A stretch of DNA of 49,180 bases from positions 1-49,180 of the forward strand of contig JBQTJP010000053.1 of NCBI GenBank assembly GCA_052386995.1, given 5' to 3'. The notes under the pieces were generated by a model. That model ran no database searches. It was not told the DNA's origin and worked only from the letters and a program-made list of their open reading frames with translations. The number at the start of each line of letters is the position of its first letter. Within the stretch, counting starts at the first letter, position 1. Source of the DNA: Armatimonadota bacterium. GTDB lineage: Bacteria > Sysuimicrobiota > Sysuimicrobiia > Sysuimicrobiales > Humicultoraceae. This document shows, piece after piece, positions 9,785-19,697 of the stretch. The position numbers and the translations under genes were made by a program.

Positions 9785-11273
9785 ACAGATTACCCTTCCG
9801 CCCGGTTCCCGTGTAATCCACGTAGACGACTTTGAGCTCGCTGTAGAAGTCGATGGCCACACTCCCCTGCTCGCGCGGGCCGACGCCGGTGGCTTTCGTT
9901 CCTCCAAACGGCAGGTGGGCCTCGCCGCCGACGGTGGCCTGGTTGACATGCACGATGCCGACCTCGCTGCGGTCGACGAAGCGCATGGCCTTGGTCAGAT
10001 CACGGGTGTAGATCGATGACGCCAGGCCGTAGGGCACGGCGTTCGCCGCCTCGATGGCCACGTCGAAGTCGGGGACGCGGCAGACCGCGAGCACCGGACC
10101 GAAGATCTCTTCCTTAAATATCCTCATCGTCGGCGTCACGTGATCGAACACTGTCGGCGCCACGAAATAGCCGCCTGCCTGCGCACCGCCGGTCAGACGG
10201 TCCCCTCCGGTGACAAGACGCGCGCCTTCTTCCTGCCCGATGGTGATGTACCGGAGGACTGTCTTCATCTGTGACTCGTCGACCGAAGGGCCGATCTCCG
10301 TAGCCGGGTCCAGGCCATGGCCAGACACCATACGCGCGGCACGTCGGGCGACATCGGCGACGAAGTCATCCGCCAGGCCTTCGGTCACGATCACACGGCT
10401 GGTCGCGGTGCATCGCTGCCCCGTCGAGCCGTAGGCGCCCTGGATCACTCCGGCCAGCGCGAGGTCGAGATCCGCGTCGTCGAGCACCACGACCGGGTTC
10501 TTGCCGCCCATCTCGGCCTGCACGCGGACGCCCCTCGAGGCCGCCAGGGTGTAGAGTTTGGACCCAACCTCGTTCGACCCGGTGAACGACACCGCGCGCA
10601 CGGCCGGGTGGGTGATGATTTCCTCGCCAACCGTGTTGCCCTGGCCGATCACCATGTTCAGGACGCCGTCGGGAAGCCCGGCCTCCTGGAAAATCTCCAT
10701 CAGCAATGACGCGGTCCATGGTGTGAGCGTCGCGGGTTTGAAGACCACGGTGTTCCCGCAGACAAGCGCCGGGGCCATCTTCCAGATCGGGATCGCGACC
10801 GGGAAGTTCCATGGGCTGATGAGCGCGACGACGCCCAACGGCTCGCGCTTGGTGTACGTGAATGTGTTTGCGAGCTCGCTGGGGAGCGTCTCGCCGCGCA
10901 GCCGCCTGCCTTCGCCGGCGATGTACTCCAGAATGTTGCGGCTGCGCTGCAGCTCTCCACGCGACTCGGCGAGCGTCTTGCCTTCTTCACGCGTGAGCGC
11001 CTCGGTCAGGCGCGGCATCTCCCGCTCGAAGATTTCTAGAACTTTGAATAAGAGCTTGCCCCGCACCGGGCCGGGAGTATCGCGCCAGCCGGGATACGCC
11101 CCGGCGGCCGCATCGACCGCGGCGCGGGCTTCCTCGCGGGTCGACAAAGGCACCTGCCCCAGCACCTCGCCGGTCGCGGGATCGCGGTTGGCGACGACGC
11201 GACCCGCGGTCGACTCCTGCCAGCGGCCCCCGATGAAGTTCTTGTAGACCTGCTCGCCTGCCGCGATTGCCAC
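9780..11273 (-). CDS. Aldehyde dehydrogenase (KGSADH/YcbD-like subfamily)
   Basis: PWNFP, FTGS, EMGGKN, GQRCTA (catalytic Cys), EEIFGPV, PFGG; AGGAGG 7 nt before GTG 11273. Confidence 0.95.
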   Translation of the reverse strand: MAIAAGEQVYKNFIGGRWQESTAGRVVANRDPATGEVLGQVPLSTREEARAAVDAAAGAYPGWRDTPGPVRGKLLFKVLEIFEREMPRLTEALTREEGKTLAESRGELQRSRNILEYIAGEGRRLRGETLPSELANTFTYTKREPLGVVALISPWNFPVAIPIWKMAPALVCGNTVVFKPATLTPWTASLLMEIFQEAGLPDGVLNMVIGQGNTVGEEIITHPAVRAVSFTGSNEVGSKLYTLAASRGVRVQAEMGGKNPVVVLDDADLDLALAGVIQGAYGSTGQRCTATSRVIVTEGLADDFVADVARRAARMVSGHGLDPATEIGPSVDESQMKTVLRYITIGQEEGARLVTGGDRLTGGAQAGGYFVAPTVFDHVTPTMRIFKEEIFGPVLAVCRVPDFDVAIEAANAVPYGLASSIYTRDLTKAMRFVDRSEVGIVHVNQATVGGEAHLPFGGTKATGVGPREQGSVAIDFYSELKVVYVDYTGTGRKGNLY

Positions 11274-11344
11274 GCCAGAACCTCCTACGCTTGCGACTGG
11301 GTTTCTACCATAGTAACCCCTCGGCCCTGGCGACGGCAGACCGG

Positions 11345-12188
11345 TCACGGTCGGAGGGCAATTCCAAAGGGATTGTTCAACCCGGTGCTCGAGCCGATAA
11401 TCGTGCGGATGGGCGCTGCGTTTCCGTTCGCCCCCGCCGCATGGACCGTCACGCTGTTGTTGCCGTTGGCGATATAGAGTGCGCCTGTGCCGTCCAGGAT
11501 CACGCCACGAGGAGCGTTAAGGCCTGTGGCCCCGCCGCTGATCGTTCTGTTCGGCGCCGCGTTTCCATCCGTCCCCGCAGCATAGACCGTCACGCTGTGG
11601 GTCAACACCGACAGGGTTGGTCACGTACAGGATGCCGACGCCATCGACGGTGAGGCCCGTGGGACCGCTCAGCCCGGTGGCCGCACCGATGATCGTGCGA
11701 ATGGGGAACACGTTGCCGGTCGCGCCAGCCCCGTACACCGTCACCGTGTTTCCGCCGTTGTTGGCCACGTACAGAGTGCCCACCCCGTCTGTGACCACGT
11801 CTGCCGGCATGTTCAATCCGGTAGCCGCGCCGCTGATCGTCCGGATCGGCGCAACATTTCCGTTCGCTCCCGCGGCGTAGACCGTCACGCTGTGGCTGGG
11901 AATGGGAAAGGGAGAGAAGTTCGCCACGTAGAGGTTGCCTGCGCCGTCCAGCGCTACACCGCTTGGACCATTCAAGCCTGTCGCCCCACCGCTGATCGTG
12001 CGGATCGGCGCGATGTTCCCGTTCGCCGTCGCGGCGTATACAGTGACGCTGTTGTTCCCGTTGTTGGCCACGTAGAGCTCGCTCGTGGGTGCGGGTGGTA
12101 CAGGTGCGGGTGGTACAGTCTCAATGAGGCCACAGGCCGCCGCAAACAGTGCCGTAAGGACTGTCAAGATCATCGGGTGCCGGCGCAT
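11345..12188 (-). pseudogene. NHL-repeat beta-propeller lipoprotein with one frameshift near 11600-11615 (true lesion or sequencing error)
   Basis: Lipobox LFAAAC; five repeats of about 48 aa (LYVAN..SVTVYAAGANGN.APIRTISG.ATGLN.P.G). Repeat 4 begins in ORF 11517..12188 and continues in ORF 11345..11608. Confidence 0.85.
12088..12117. repeat. Perfect 15-bp tandem duplication encoding the VPPAP-VPPAP linker
   Basis: ggtgcgggtggtaca occurs twice in tandem. Confidence 0.9.
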
Positions 12189-12309
12189 CTCGGATCCTCC
12201 ATTGTGCTCCCTATCTCATTTGCCGCGAACTCGCCGCTTCCTTGGCGGGACGCGCGTTGCGCACCCCTGGAAGGAGCGCCCTCAAAGTGGCGCGAAACTC
12301 TACCGCCTC

Positions 12310-14625
12310 ATGGCGACGCGCTGGTTTGGCGAGCGGGTGACGAGGAACGAAGACCCCCGCCTGCTGGCCGGCATGGGCACGTACGTCGACGACATTCACC
12401 TTCCGCGCCTGCTGCATGCCGCCTTCGTCCGCAGCCCCCATGCTCACGCGCGCGTTGTACGCATCGAGACCGCGGCGGCGAAGGCGCTTCCGGGCGTGGC
12501 GGCGGTGCTCACCGCCGCCGACCTGCCGGAGCGCATCCGCGGGCCGCTCCCCCCGCTCATTCCTCATCCGGCGCTGGTCCACCACAAGACGCAGGTTGCG
12601 CTCGCCGGCACGTTCGTCCATCACGTCGGTGAGCCGATCGCGATGGTGGTGGCGGACAGCCGGTATGTTGCCGAGGACGGCGCGGATCTTGTCGAGGTGG
12701 AGTTCGAGCCGCTGCCCCCGGTGGTGGATCTCGAGCACGCCGCGCGGCCGGGGGGCCCGACGGTTCACGAGGACCTGACGACCAACGTGGCCGCGCACCA
12801 CACGCAGCGTGTGGGCAACGTGGAAGAAGCATTCGCGCGCGCGGCGCACGTCTTCCGCGAGCGCTTCGTCGTGGATCGCGGCTCATCGTCCCCGATCGAA
12901 ACGCGGGGCGTCGTGGCGCAGTGGGACGGACGCGCGCGGTATCTGACGGTGTGGGATTCGACGCAGGCGCCGATCCGCATCCGCAACTTCCTCGGCGGGC
13001 TCTTGGCTCTGCCGCAGAGCAGCATCCGGGTGATCGCCCCGGATATCGGCGGCGGGTTTGGTCCCAAGATCATGATGTGCTACCCGGAGGAGATTCTGAT
13101 CCCACATGCGGCCATGGTGCTGGGCCGGCCTGTCAAGTGGATCGAAGACCGCCGGGAGCACTTCGTCGCCACCAACCATGAACGGGAACAGATCCACGAC
13201 GCGGAGATTGCGGTGGATGACGAAGGACGCATCCTGGGCGTCCGCACGGTCTTTCTGCACGACGCGGGCGCGTACATCGCCTACGGCTTGATCGTCCCCA
13301 TCGTCGCCAGCACGCAGCTGCCGGGGCCCTATAAGATCCCGAACTACCACGCCGAGTTCAAAGCCGTGTTCACCAACAAAACGCAGGTGAGCCCGTATCG
13401 CGGGGCCGGACGGCCGCACGGCGTCTTCGTCATGGAACGCCTGCTGGATCGCGTGGCGCGGGAGCTGGGCATCGATCGCGCAGAGGTGCGGCGCCGGAAT
13501 CTCATCCAACCGCACGAGTTTCCCTACGATCTGGGAGGCTTGATCTTCCAGGACAACACGCGGCTGATCTACGACAGCGGAGACTACCCGGCCGTCCTCG
13601 CGAAAACCCTCGAGATGATCGGGTACGCCGCATGGCCGGCGCGGCAGGCGGCGGCGCGGCGCGACGGGCGTGCGATGGGATTGGGCCTGGCTCTCTACGT
13701 GGAAGGCACCGGGATCGGCCCGTACGAGGGCTGCCGCGTGTCGGTCGAGTCCTCGGGGAAAGTCTACGCGGCAACAAGTGTCGGGACCCAGGGCCAGGGG
13801 CACGCGACGGTGTTCGCACAGATCATCGCCGACGCCCTGGGCGTCCATGTGCGCGACGTCGCGATCACCACGGGCGATTCAGGCGCGTTTGGGTGGGGCA
13901 CAGGGGCTTTTGCCAGCCGCGCCGCGGTCGTCGCCGGCAACGCCGTCGCGCTGGCGGCCCGCGCGGTCCGCGAGAAAACGCTCACGGTTGCCGCGAGCAT
14001 GCTCGAAGCCCGTCCCGATGATCTGGAACTTGCCGGCGGACGCGTGTTCGTGCGCGGCGCACCGGCGCGCTCGGTAGCCCTCGGCGACGTGGCCGTGGCG
14101 GCCAACCCTCTGCGCGGCACGATTCCCTCGGAGTGGGAAGGGCCGGGCCTGGAGGCGTCGCGCTACTTCGCGCCGCCGCAGGGAACCTTCGCGTCCGGCT
14201 GTCACGCCGCGATCATCGATATCGATCGCGGGACCGGGGCGATCCGCATCGAGAAGTACGTGGTCGTCCATGATTGCGGGAAGATCATCAACCCCTTGAT
14301 CGTGGAGGGCCAGATCCGCGGCGGCGTGGCCCAGGGCATCGGCGGCGCCTTCTACGAGAAGCTGATATACGACGAGAACGGTCAGCTGCTGACCCAGACC
14401 TTCATGGACTACCTGCTGCCGACGCTCTCCGAGGTCCCGGTCATCGAGATCGGGCACCTCGAGACCCCCTCCCCGTTGAACCCGCTGGGCGTGAAAGGCG
14501 CGGGCGAGGCCGGTGTGATCCCCGTGCCCGCCGTCTTTGCGTCGGCCATCGACGATGCGCTCGGCACGCGGATCACCGAGATGCCGCTCTCGCACGCCCG
14601 GCTGCTCCATCTGCTGCGCGCATGA
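12310..14625 (+). CDS. Xanthine dehydrogenase family molybdopterin-binding large subunit (CoxL form II-like, not a true CODH)
   Basis: RNEDPRLLAGMGTYVDD, DIGGGFGPK, active-site loop PYRGAGR (13393-13413), QGQGH, VEGQIRGGVAQGIG, GVKGAGEAG. Confidence 0.95.
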   Translation: MATRWFGERVTRNEDPRLLAGMGTYVDDIHLPRLLHAAFVRSPHAHARVVRIETAAAKALPGVAAVLTAADLPERIRGPLPPLIPHPALVHHKTQVALAGTFVHHVGEPIAMVVADSRYVAEDGADLVEVEFEPLPPVVDLEHAARPGGPTVHEDLTTNVAAHHTQRVGNVEEAFARAAHVFRERFVVDRGSSSPIETRGVVAQWDGRARYLTVWDSTQAPIRIRNFLGGLLALPQSSIRVIAPDIGGGFGPKIMMCYPEEILIPHAAMVLGRPVKWIEDRREHFVATNHEREQIHDAEIAVDDEGRILGVRTVFLHDAGAYIAYGLIVPIVASTQLPGPYKIPNYHAEFKAVFTNKTQVSPYRGAGRPHGVFVMERLLDRVARELGIDRAEVRRRNLIQPHEFPYDLGGLIFQDNTRLIYDSGDYPAVLAKTLEMIGYAAWPARQAAARRDGRAMGLGLALYVEGTGIGPYEGCRVSVESSGKVYAATSVGTQGQGHATVFAQIIADALGVHVRDVAITTGDSGAFGWGTGAFASRAAVVAGNAVALAARAVREKTLTVAASMLEARPDDLELAGGRVFVRGAPARSVALGDVAVAANPLRGTIPSEWEGPGLEASRYFAPPQGTFASGCHAAIIDIDRGTGAIRIEKYVVVHDCGKIINPLIVEGQIRGGVAQGIGGAFYEKLIYDENGQLLTQTFMDYLLPTLSEVPVIEIGHLETPSPLNPLGVKGAGEAGVIPVPAVFASAIDDALGTRITEMPLSHARLLHLLRA

Positions 14626-15497
14626 AGCCGGCTCCGTTCAAATACCTGGCGCCCCGCAGCCGCCAGGAAGCCTTCGATGCTCTGCAGCAGTTCGGGGCGG
14701 ACGCGAAGGTCCTGGCGGGGGGTCAGAGCCTCGTCCCGCTCCTGGCGATGCGGCTGGCGCGGGCGTCGGTCATCATCGACATCAACCGCGTGAGCGATCT
14801 CGCATTCATCAAGGCCATGCGCGCGGGCGTGACGATCGGCGCCATGACGCGCCAGCGCGCCGCAGAGTTCGACCCGACCATCGCAGAGGGACTGCCGCTG
14901 CTCCGAGACGCGCTGCGCTGGGTGGGGCATCCGCAGATCCGGACACGAGGAACCGTCGGCGGCAGCCTGGCGCACGCAGATCCATCCGCCGAACTCCCGG
15001 CGGTGGCGGCGCTGTTGGGCGCACGTCTTGTGCTGCAGAGCGCCCGCGGCGAGCGCGTCCTCGAGGCGGAGCGATTTTTCACAGGGTACCTGACCACAGC
15101 GCTGGAGTCCCATGAGCTGCTGACGGAAGTGCGCATTCCCTCGCAGCCCCCCGGTGCCGGATGGGCGTTTCACGAGGTCGCGCGCCGCCACGGCGACTTC
15201 GCGCTCGTCGGCGTCGCCGCGCTGGTGCGGTGCGACGGCAATCGCCGGTGCACTTGGGCGCGACTGGTCTGTACCGGCGTCGGCGCCGGGCCCATACGCG
15301 TGCCCGATGCAGAACAGCACCTCCTCGGGCGGAGCGTCACGGCGTCCGATGCGGATGAGACCGGACGCATCGTGGAAGGCGCGCTCGATCCGGACAGCGA
15401 CATCCACGCCACCGCCGCCTATCGCAAGCACGTTGCGGGCGTGCTGACGGCCCGGGCCCTCGTGGATGCGGCAGCACGCGTCCAGGTGGACGCATGA
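14622..15497 (+). CDS. Mo-hydroxylase FAD-binding subunit
   Basis: MKPAPFKY, AGGQSLVPLL, RGTVGGSLAHADPSAE, RRHGDFA; ATGA overlap with the large subunit. Confidence 0.93.
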   Translation: MKPAPFKYLAPRSRQEAFDALQQFGADAKVLAGGQSLVPLLAMRLARASVIIDINRVSDLAFIKAMRAGVTIGAMTRQRAAEFDPTIAEGLPLLRDALRWVGHPQIRTRGTVGGSLAHADPSAELPAVAALLGARLVLQSARGERVLEAERFFTGYLTTALESHELLTEVRIPSQPPGAGWAFHEVARRHGDFALVGVAALVRCDGNRRCTWARLVCTGVGAGPIRVPDAEQHLLGRSVTASDADETGRIVEGALDPDSDIHATAAYRKHVAGVLTARALVDAAARVQVDA

Positions 15498-16063
15498 GGC
15501 GCCGGCGGACGGTCTCACGCGGCCCCAAGCGCAGCGGCACGCCGGCTCCGCGTGTGGACGCCACGGTGCGCGTGCGTGTCAACGGGGGCGAGATCACGAG
15601 CACCGTCGAGGTTCGGCGCACACTTGCCGACTTTCTCCGGGAAGACGTGGGCCTCACCGGCACCCACCTGGGCTGCGAGCACGGCGTCTGCGGCGCCTGC
15701 ACCGTGCTGCTGGACGGTCAGCCGGTGCGATCCTGCCTGCTCTTTGCTGTGCAGGCCGATGGCAGCGAGGTGACCACCGTCGAGGCCCTGGGGACCATCG
15801 ACGCGCTCTCGCCCCTGCAGCAGGCCTTCATGAATCATCATGCGCTCCAATGCGGGTTTTGCACGCCGGGGTTTCTGATGAGCGCGCACGCGTTGCTTCG
15901 GGACGATCCTCATCCGTCGGCCGAGACCATCCGCGAAACCCTCAGCGGGCATCTGTGCAGGTGTACGGGGTACCAGGCGATCGTCGAGGCGGTCCAGGCG
16001 GCCGCGACGGGGGCCGTCACGGCGGACCCGATCGCCGCCCGACGAGACCGCGGCACCACGTGA
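15494..16063 (+). CDS. Mo-hydroxylase [2Fe-2S] subunit
   Basis: GCEHGVCGACTV, QCGFCTPG, HLCRCTGY; ATGA overlap. Confidence 0.94.
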   Translation: MRRRRTVSRGPKRSGTPAPRVDATVRVRVNGGEITSTVEVRRTLADFLREDVGLTGTHLGCEHGVCGACTVLLDGQPVRSCLLFAVQADGSEVTTVEALGTIDALSPLQQAFMNHHALQCGFCTPGFLMSAHALLRDDPHPSAETIRETLSGHLCRCTGYQAIVEAVQAAATGAVTADPIAARRDRGTT

Positions 16064-16965
16064 GCGCGCCCGCAGCGACCCGGATCGGCGCCACGATCCT
16101 TGCAGCCCCGCTGGAAGATCTGCGGCGATGCTCTGCCCGCGGAACGGTCCTGGCCACCTTCGAGCGAAGCGCCTATCTGAGCCTCGCCGGCCGCATCGTG
16201 GCACTGGCATCCGCCGATCTGGCAGCGGGACCGCTCACGATTACCGTTGAGGACTTCGGCCCGCTGCGGGCACTCTCGCCGGGCGCCGAGATCGCACTGA
16301 CCGGAGGCCGTCTGTGGCTCGGTCCCGTCGCGGTGCATCTCGACGCCGCGAGGGTGTGGAATCCGTCGCTCGAGTTACGCAGCGACGCGATGGTCGATCC
16401 GGCACTGGGGGCACGAGACGCCGCGATCGATGAAGTGCTGACGGGCGCGCCGGGAGACAGCATCGTGGCACTCTTGCGATCGAGGCCTCCGGCGCGTGTC
16501 CGGACGACGATCCACACAGGAGTGCTCGAGGGGCTCGAGCGCGGGCTCGAGGCGATTGCCCAACTGCTTTCCGGCCGCGGGCACGGCGATGCGGTCGCGG
16601 AGATCATCGCGCGGGACGTGGCGGGACGCGGACCCGGCCTGACGCCATCCGGGGACGACCTGCTGATCGGCATCCTCTACGCGCTCTGGATCTGGCCCAG
16701 GCTCGTGGGCGCCGGGAGCGCGGCGGCTGCGCGCACCCTGATAGTCGACGCGGCGCGGCCACACACCACGCGCATCAGCGCAGCGTACCTGGAGGCGGCC
16801 GGCAGCGGGGACGCGGCGGAACCCTGGCACGCGCTGGTGCGGAGTTTCCGCCAATCGCCCGCCTCGACGCGGGCGGCGGTGCGGCGACTGTTGCGCATCG
16901 GTGAAACTTCTGGCGCCGACGCTCTGACGGGCTTTTGCTGGGCCTGGCGGCGCCTGGCCGCGTAG
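16060..16965 (+). CDS. DUF2877 family protein (YlbF/AllH-like)
   Basis: GRGPGLTPSGDDLLIG, TTRISAAYL and IGETSGAD motifs; GTGA overlap with the Fe-S subunit stop. Confidence 0.82.
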   Translation: MSAPAATRIGATILAAPLEDLRRCSARGTVLATFERSAYLSLAGRIVALASADLAAGPLTITVEDFGPLRALSPGAEIALTGGRLWLGPVAVHLDAARVWNPSLELRSDAMVDPALGARDAAIDEVLTGAPGDSIVALLRSRPPARVRTTIHTGVLEGLERGLEAIAQLLSGRGHGDAVAEIIARDVAGRGPGLTPSGDDLLIGILYALWIWPRLVGAGSAAAARTLIVDAARPHTTRISAAYLEAAGSGDAAEPWHALVRSFRQSPASTRAAVRRLLRIGETSGADALTGFCWAWRRLAA

Positions 16966-16981
16966 CCTCGCGAGACGACCG

Positions 16982-18241
16982 GTGACGCGCTCCGCACCGG
17001 CGCAGGTGTTGAGGGACCCCTGGCTCGTCTCACTGTGCGCGTCGCGCACATTCATGAACGTGATCGGCACGACCTACGCGGCCACGCTCCCCGTGCTACG
17101 AACGGAATGGAACATGACAGGAACGGCCGCCGGGTCGATAGCCACCGGGTTTCAGCTCGGCTTTGCGGTCTCGCTGCTGGGGTTCTCGTGGCTGGCCGAC
17201 CACGCCAGCGCCCGGCGAGTCTTTCTCGCCTCGGCGGCGTTGAGCGCGGCCGCGGTCTTCGCGTTCGCGCTGCTTGCCCGATCGTACCTTTCTGGCCTCA
17301 TCCTCAACACGCTGGTCGGTCTCTCCCAGGGGGGCACGTACACGACCGCCATCATGCTGATCGCCGATCGCTATGGGCCAACACGCCGGGGTGCGGCGGT
17401 CGGCTGGCTCATCGCCAGTTCCTCGTTGGGATATGCGCTGTCGCTCGCCCTCGCCGGGATCACGCTGCCGCGCGGCGGCTACCCACTCACCTTTCTGGTC
17501 ACGGCCTGCGCACATCTGGGCGGCGTGATCATCGCCTGGCTGACCCTGCGGTCGATGCCGAACGTCGTGCACCCGCGCGGCGACGATCTGCGATTCGTCA
17601 CCGAGGTGGTGCGCAACCCGGACGCCATGCGCCTGACCATCGGGTACACCTTCCACAACTGGGAACTGCTGACCATGTGGGCGTGGACCCCGGCCTTCCT
17701 CGCCGCGAGCTTCGCCGCGGCGGGATCGTCGGCCGCCCGCGCCGTGGCGGGAGCCGCGTACCTGGCGGCATCGTTTCATCTCATGGGCCTGATCGCGTCA
17801 TCGACGATGGGGCGCCTCTCCGATCGTCTCGGCCGCCGCACCGTCCTGCTCGCTCTCGCCGTGATCAGTGCCGCGTGCTCGTTTGCCTTTGGCTGGATGA
17901 TTGGCTGGCCCACGACTATCGTCGTGGCGGTCGGGGCGCTGTATGCTTTTGCGGCGCTCGGCGACTCGCCCGTGCTGTCGGCCGCGCTCACGGAAGCGGT
18001 CCGGCCGGCGTATCTGGGCTCGGCCCTCGCCCTCCGCTCGTTCCTGGGCTTTGGCGCCGGCGCCGTGGCGCCGCTGGTGTTTGGGGCCGTGCTCGACGCT
18101 ACCAACCCGGCAGGTATGCCTCCGTCCACCTGGGGCTGGGCCTATGGCGTGCTCGGCTGCGGCGGTCTGGTCGCGGCGCTCTGCGCCTACGGCATGCGTT
18201 CCGTACAGACCCGGCAGTTTGAGCAGCGGGGCCATGGGTAA
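16982..18241 (+). CDS. MFS transporter
   Basis: About 12 hydrophobic segments; GRLSDRLGRR motif A; HNWELLTMWAW. Confidence 0.9.
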   Translation: MTRSAPAQVLRDPWLVSLCASRTFMNVIGTTYAATLPVLRTEWNMTGTAAGSIATGFQLGFAVSLLGFSWLADHASARRVFLASAALSAAAVFAFALLARSYLSGLILNTLVGLSQGGTYTTAIMLIADRYGPTRRGAAVGWLIASSSLGYALSLALAGITLPRGGYPLTFLVTACAHLGGVIIAWLTLRSMPNVVHPRGDDLRFVTEVVRNPDAMRLTIGYTFHNWELLTMWAWTPAFLAASFAAAGSSAARAVAGAAYLAASFHLMGLIASSTMGRLSDRLGRRTVLLALAVISAACSFAFGWMIGWPTTIVVAVGALYAFAALGDSPVLSAALTEAVRPAYLGSALALRSFLGFGAGAVAPLVFGAVLDATNPAGMPPSTWGWAYGVLGCGGLVAALCAYGMRSVQTRQFEQRGHG

Positions 18242-18257
18242 AACGCGCGCGGGATCC

Positions 18258-19289
18258 ATGATAAGGCGCCGTGCGGCGTGTGCCGCCGCTGTTCTGTTGT
18301 TCGCGTGTGTTCAACCCGCCCTGGCCCACGAGAAATGGTTTGTTGATCCTTCGCCCTACCCCGTCAGGTTGGACCCGCCGGCATTGACCCGCACGCTCCT
18401 GGCACTCGCCGTATCGGCCGCAGCGGTCGGTCTGGCGTTCATCATCGACAGGCTCTGGCGCAATCGCGCCAGGGCGCCTACACCCCCCGACCTGGCAAAG
18501 TCCAGGGAACACCTGCGCCGACTCTTTGCCTGGATCCCGCTGATCCTTGCCGTGCATGTCGCCGTGCCGTTGATTGTCTCGGGGGTGCAGCGCCAGCTCT
18601 TCGCTCCTAACCTGGCACTGTCGTGGTCCTTCTTCGGCGGGCTTGTCGCCCTTCTGGAGATCGCGATCGCGCTCGGTTTCTTCTACGGCGCCTTGACCCG
18701 CACGGCCGCGATCGTGCTGGCGTTGCTCTTTCCCGTCAGCCTGCTTGTGTTCGGCCTGTTCGACACCCTCGAACACCTGGAACTGCTGGGCATCGCGATC
18801 TTTCTCTTCATCTTCGGACGAGGACCCTACTCGGTGGACGCGATCTTCGACGCGCCTCTGCGTCCGCGGCGGGCGCACATCATCCGCGCCGTACCGATCC
18901 TTCGCATGCTGACCGGCGCGGCGATCGCCTGGTTGGGATTCACCGAGAAGCTCTGGAACGTCTCGCTCGGCGAGGCATTCCTCGCGCGCCACTCATTCAA
19001 TTTCATGCCTGCACTGGGATTTGCATCGTTCTCGAACGCGGACTTCGTGGTTGCCGCCGGGCTCGTGGAAGTCGCGATCGGCGCGGTCGTGGCCTCGGGA
19101 CTCGCGACGCGCCCCGTCATCCTACTGGCCTGGCTGCCGTTCAACCTGACCCTCCCGTTCCTGGGGTGGGTCGAACTCGTGGGCCATCTGCCCGTGTACG
19201 GGGTTATGGGCGTGCTGCTGCTGTGGGGAAGCGGACGCGACGTGACACCGTACCTCCGCGAGATGGAAGCGACGGCCCGAAGCTCGTGA
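18258..19289 (+). CDS. DoxX-like multi-pass membrane protein
   Basis: Signal peptide then AHEKWF; GFTEKL, AGLVEVAIG and ELVGHLP motifs; alternative ATG at 18234. Confidence 0.7.
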   Translation: MIRRRAACAAAVLLFACVQPALAHEKWFVDPSPYPVRLDPPALTRTLLALAVSAAAVGLAFIIDRLWRNRARAPTPPDLAKSREHLRRLFAWIPLILAVHVAVPLIVSGVQRQLFAPNLALSWSFFGGLVALLEIAIALGFFYGALTRTAAIVLALLFPVSLLVFGLFDTLEHLELLGIAIFLFIFGRGPYSVDAIFDAPLRPRRAHIIRAVPILRMLTGAAIAWLGFTEKLWNVSLGEAFLARHSFNFMPALGFASFSNADFVVAAGLVEVAIGAVVASGLATRPVILLAWLPFNLTLPFLGWVELVGHLPVYGVMGVLLLWGSGRDVTPYLREMEATARSS

Positions 19290-19301
19290 TCAGCACTCCG
19301 A

Positions 19302-19697
19302 TCATCTGAGGTGGGGCGGCACCAGGTCCCTGCCGACGTGCCCGATGACCAGACCCTTCGCCGTGCCTACCTTGTCCAACACCAGCGTTCCCACCGTCGG
19401 CATGTCGTGAACCGGCAGGATGATCACGAGCACGCCGTTATCGTAGGTCGCGTTGGCGCGGCTGACGTCAACCAGGCGCGGCAGAGTCACGATCCGGCGA
19501 TAGGGACCAACCCTCCATTCGCGGAGGAAGTATTCCTTGGTCCGGTCCTGCCCGGGTCCGCGTAGCCCGCAATTGATCACGAGCTGCCGCCCATCCACAT
19601 CAATCCCAATATTCGCGGGCTCCATGCCTGGCACCGGTGTGGCCACCATGGTGCGGTTCTCTTCTTCATAGATGTTGACCGGGATCGTCTCATTCAC
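19302..19697 (-). CDS. Hsp20/alpha-crystallin family small heat shock protein
   Basis: IPVNIYE, PVPGMEP, GPYRRIVTLP, ANATYDNGVLVIILP; GGAGGTG before GTG 19697. Confidence 0.9.
   Translation of the reverse strand: MNETIPVNIYEEENRTMVATPVPGMEPANIGIDVDGRQLVINCGLRGPGQDRTKEYFLREWRVGPYRRIVTLPRLVDVSRANATYDNGVLVIILPVHDMPTVGTLVLDKVGTAKGLVIGHVGRDLVPPHLR

Noticed and set aside
11345..12100. Repeated DNA resembling a CRISPR or other non-coding array
   Set aside because: Repeats are degenerate, codon-phased and encode NHL protein repeats.
12310..14625. Second true CO dehydrogenase
   Set aside because: Loop is PYRGAGR, lacking the Cu-binding Cys of AYXCSFR, and gene order is L-M-S.
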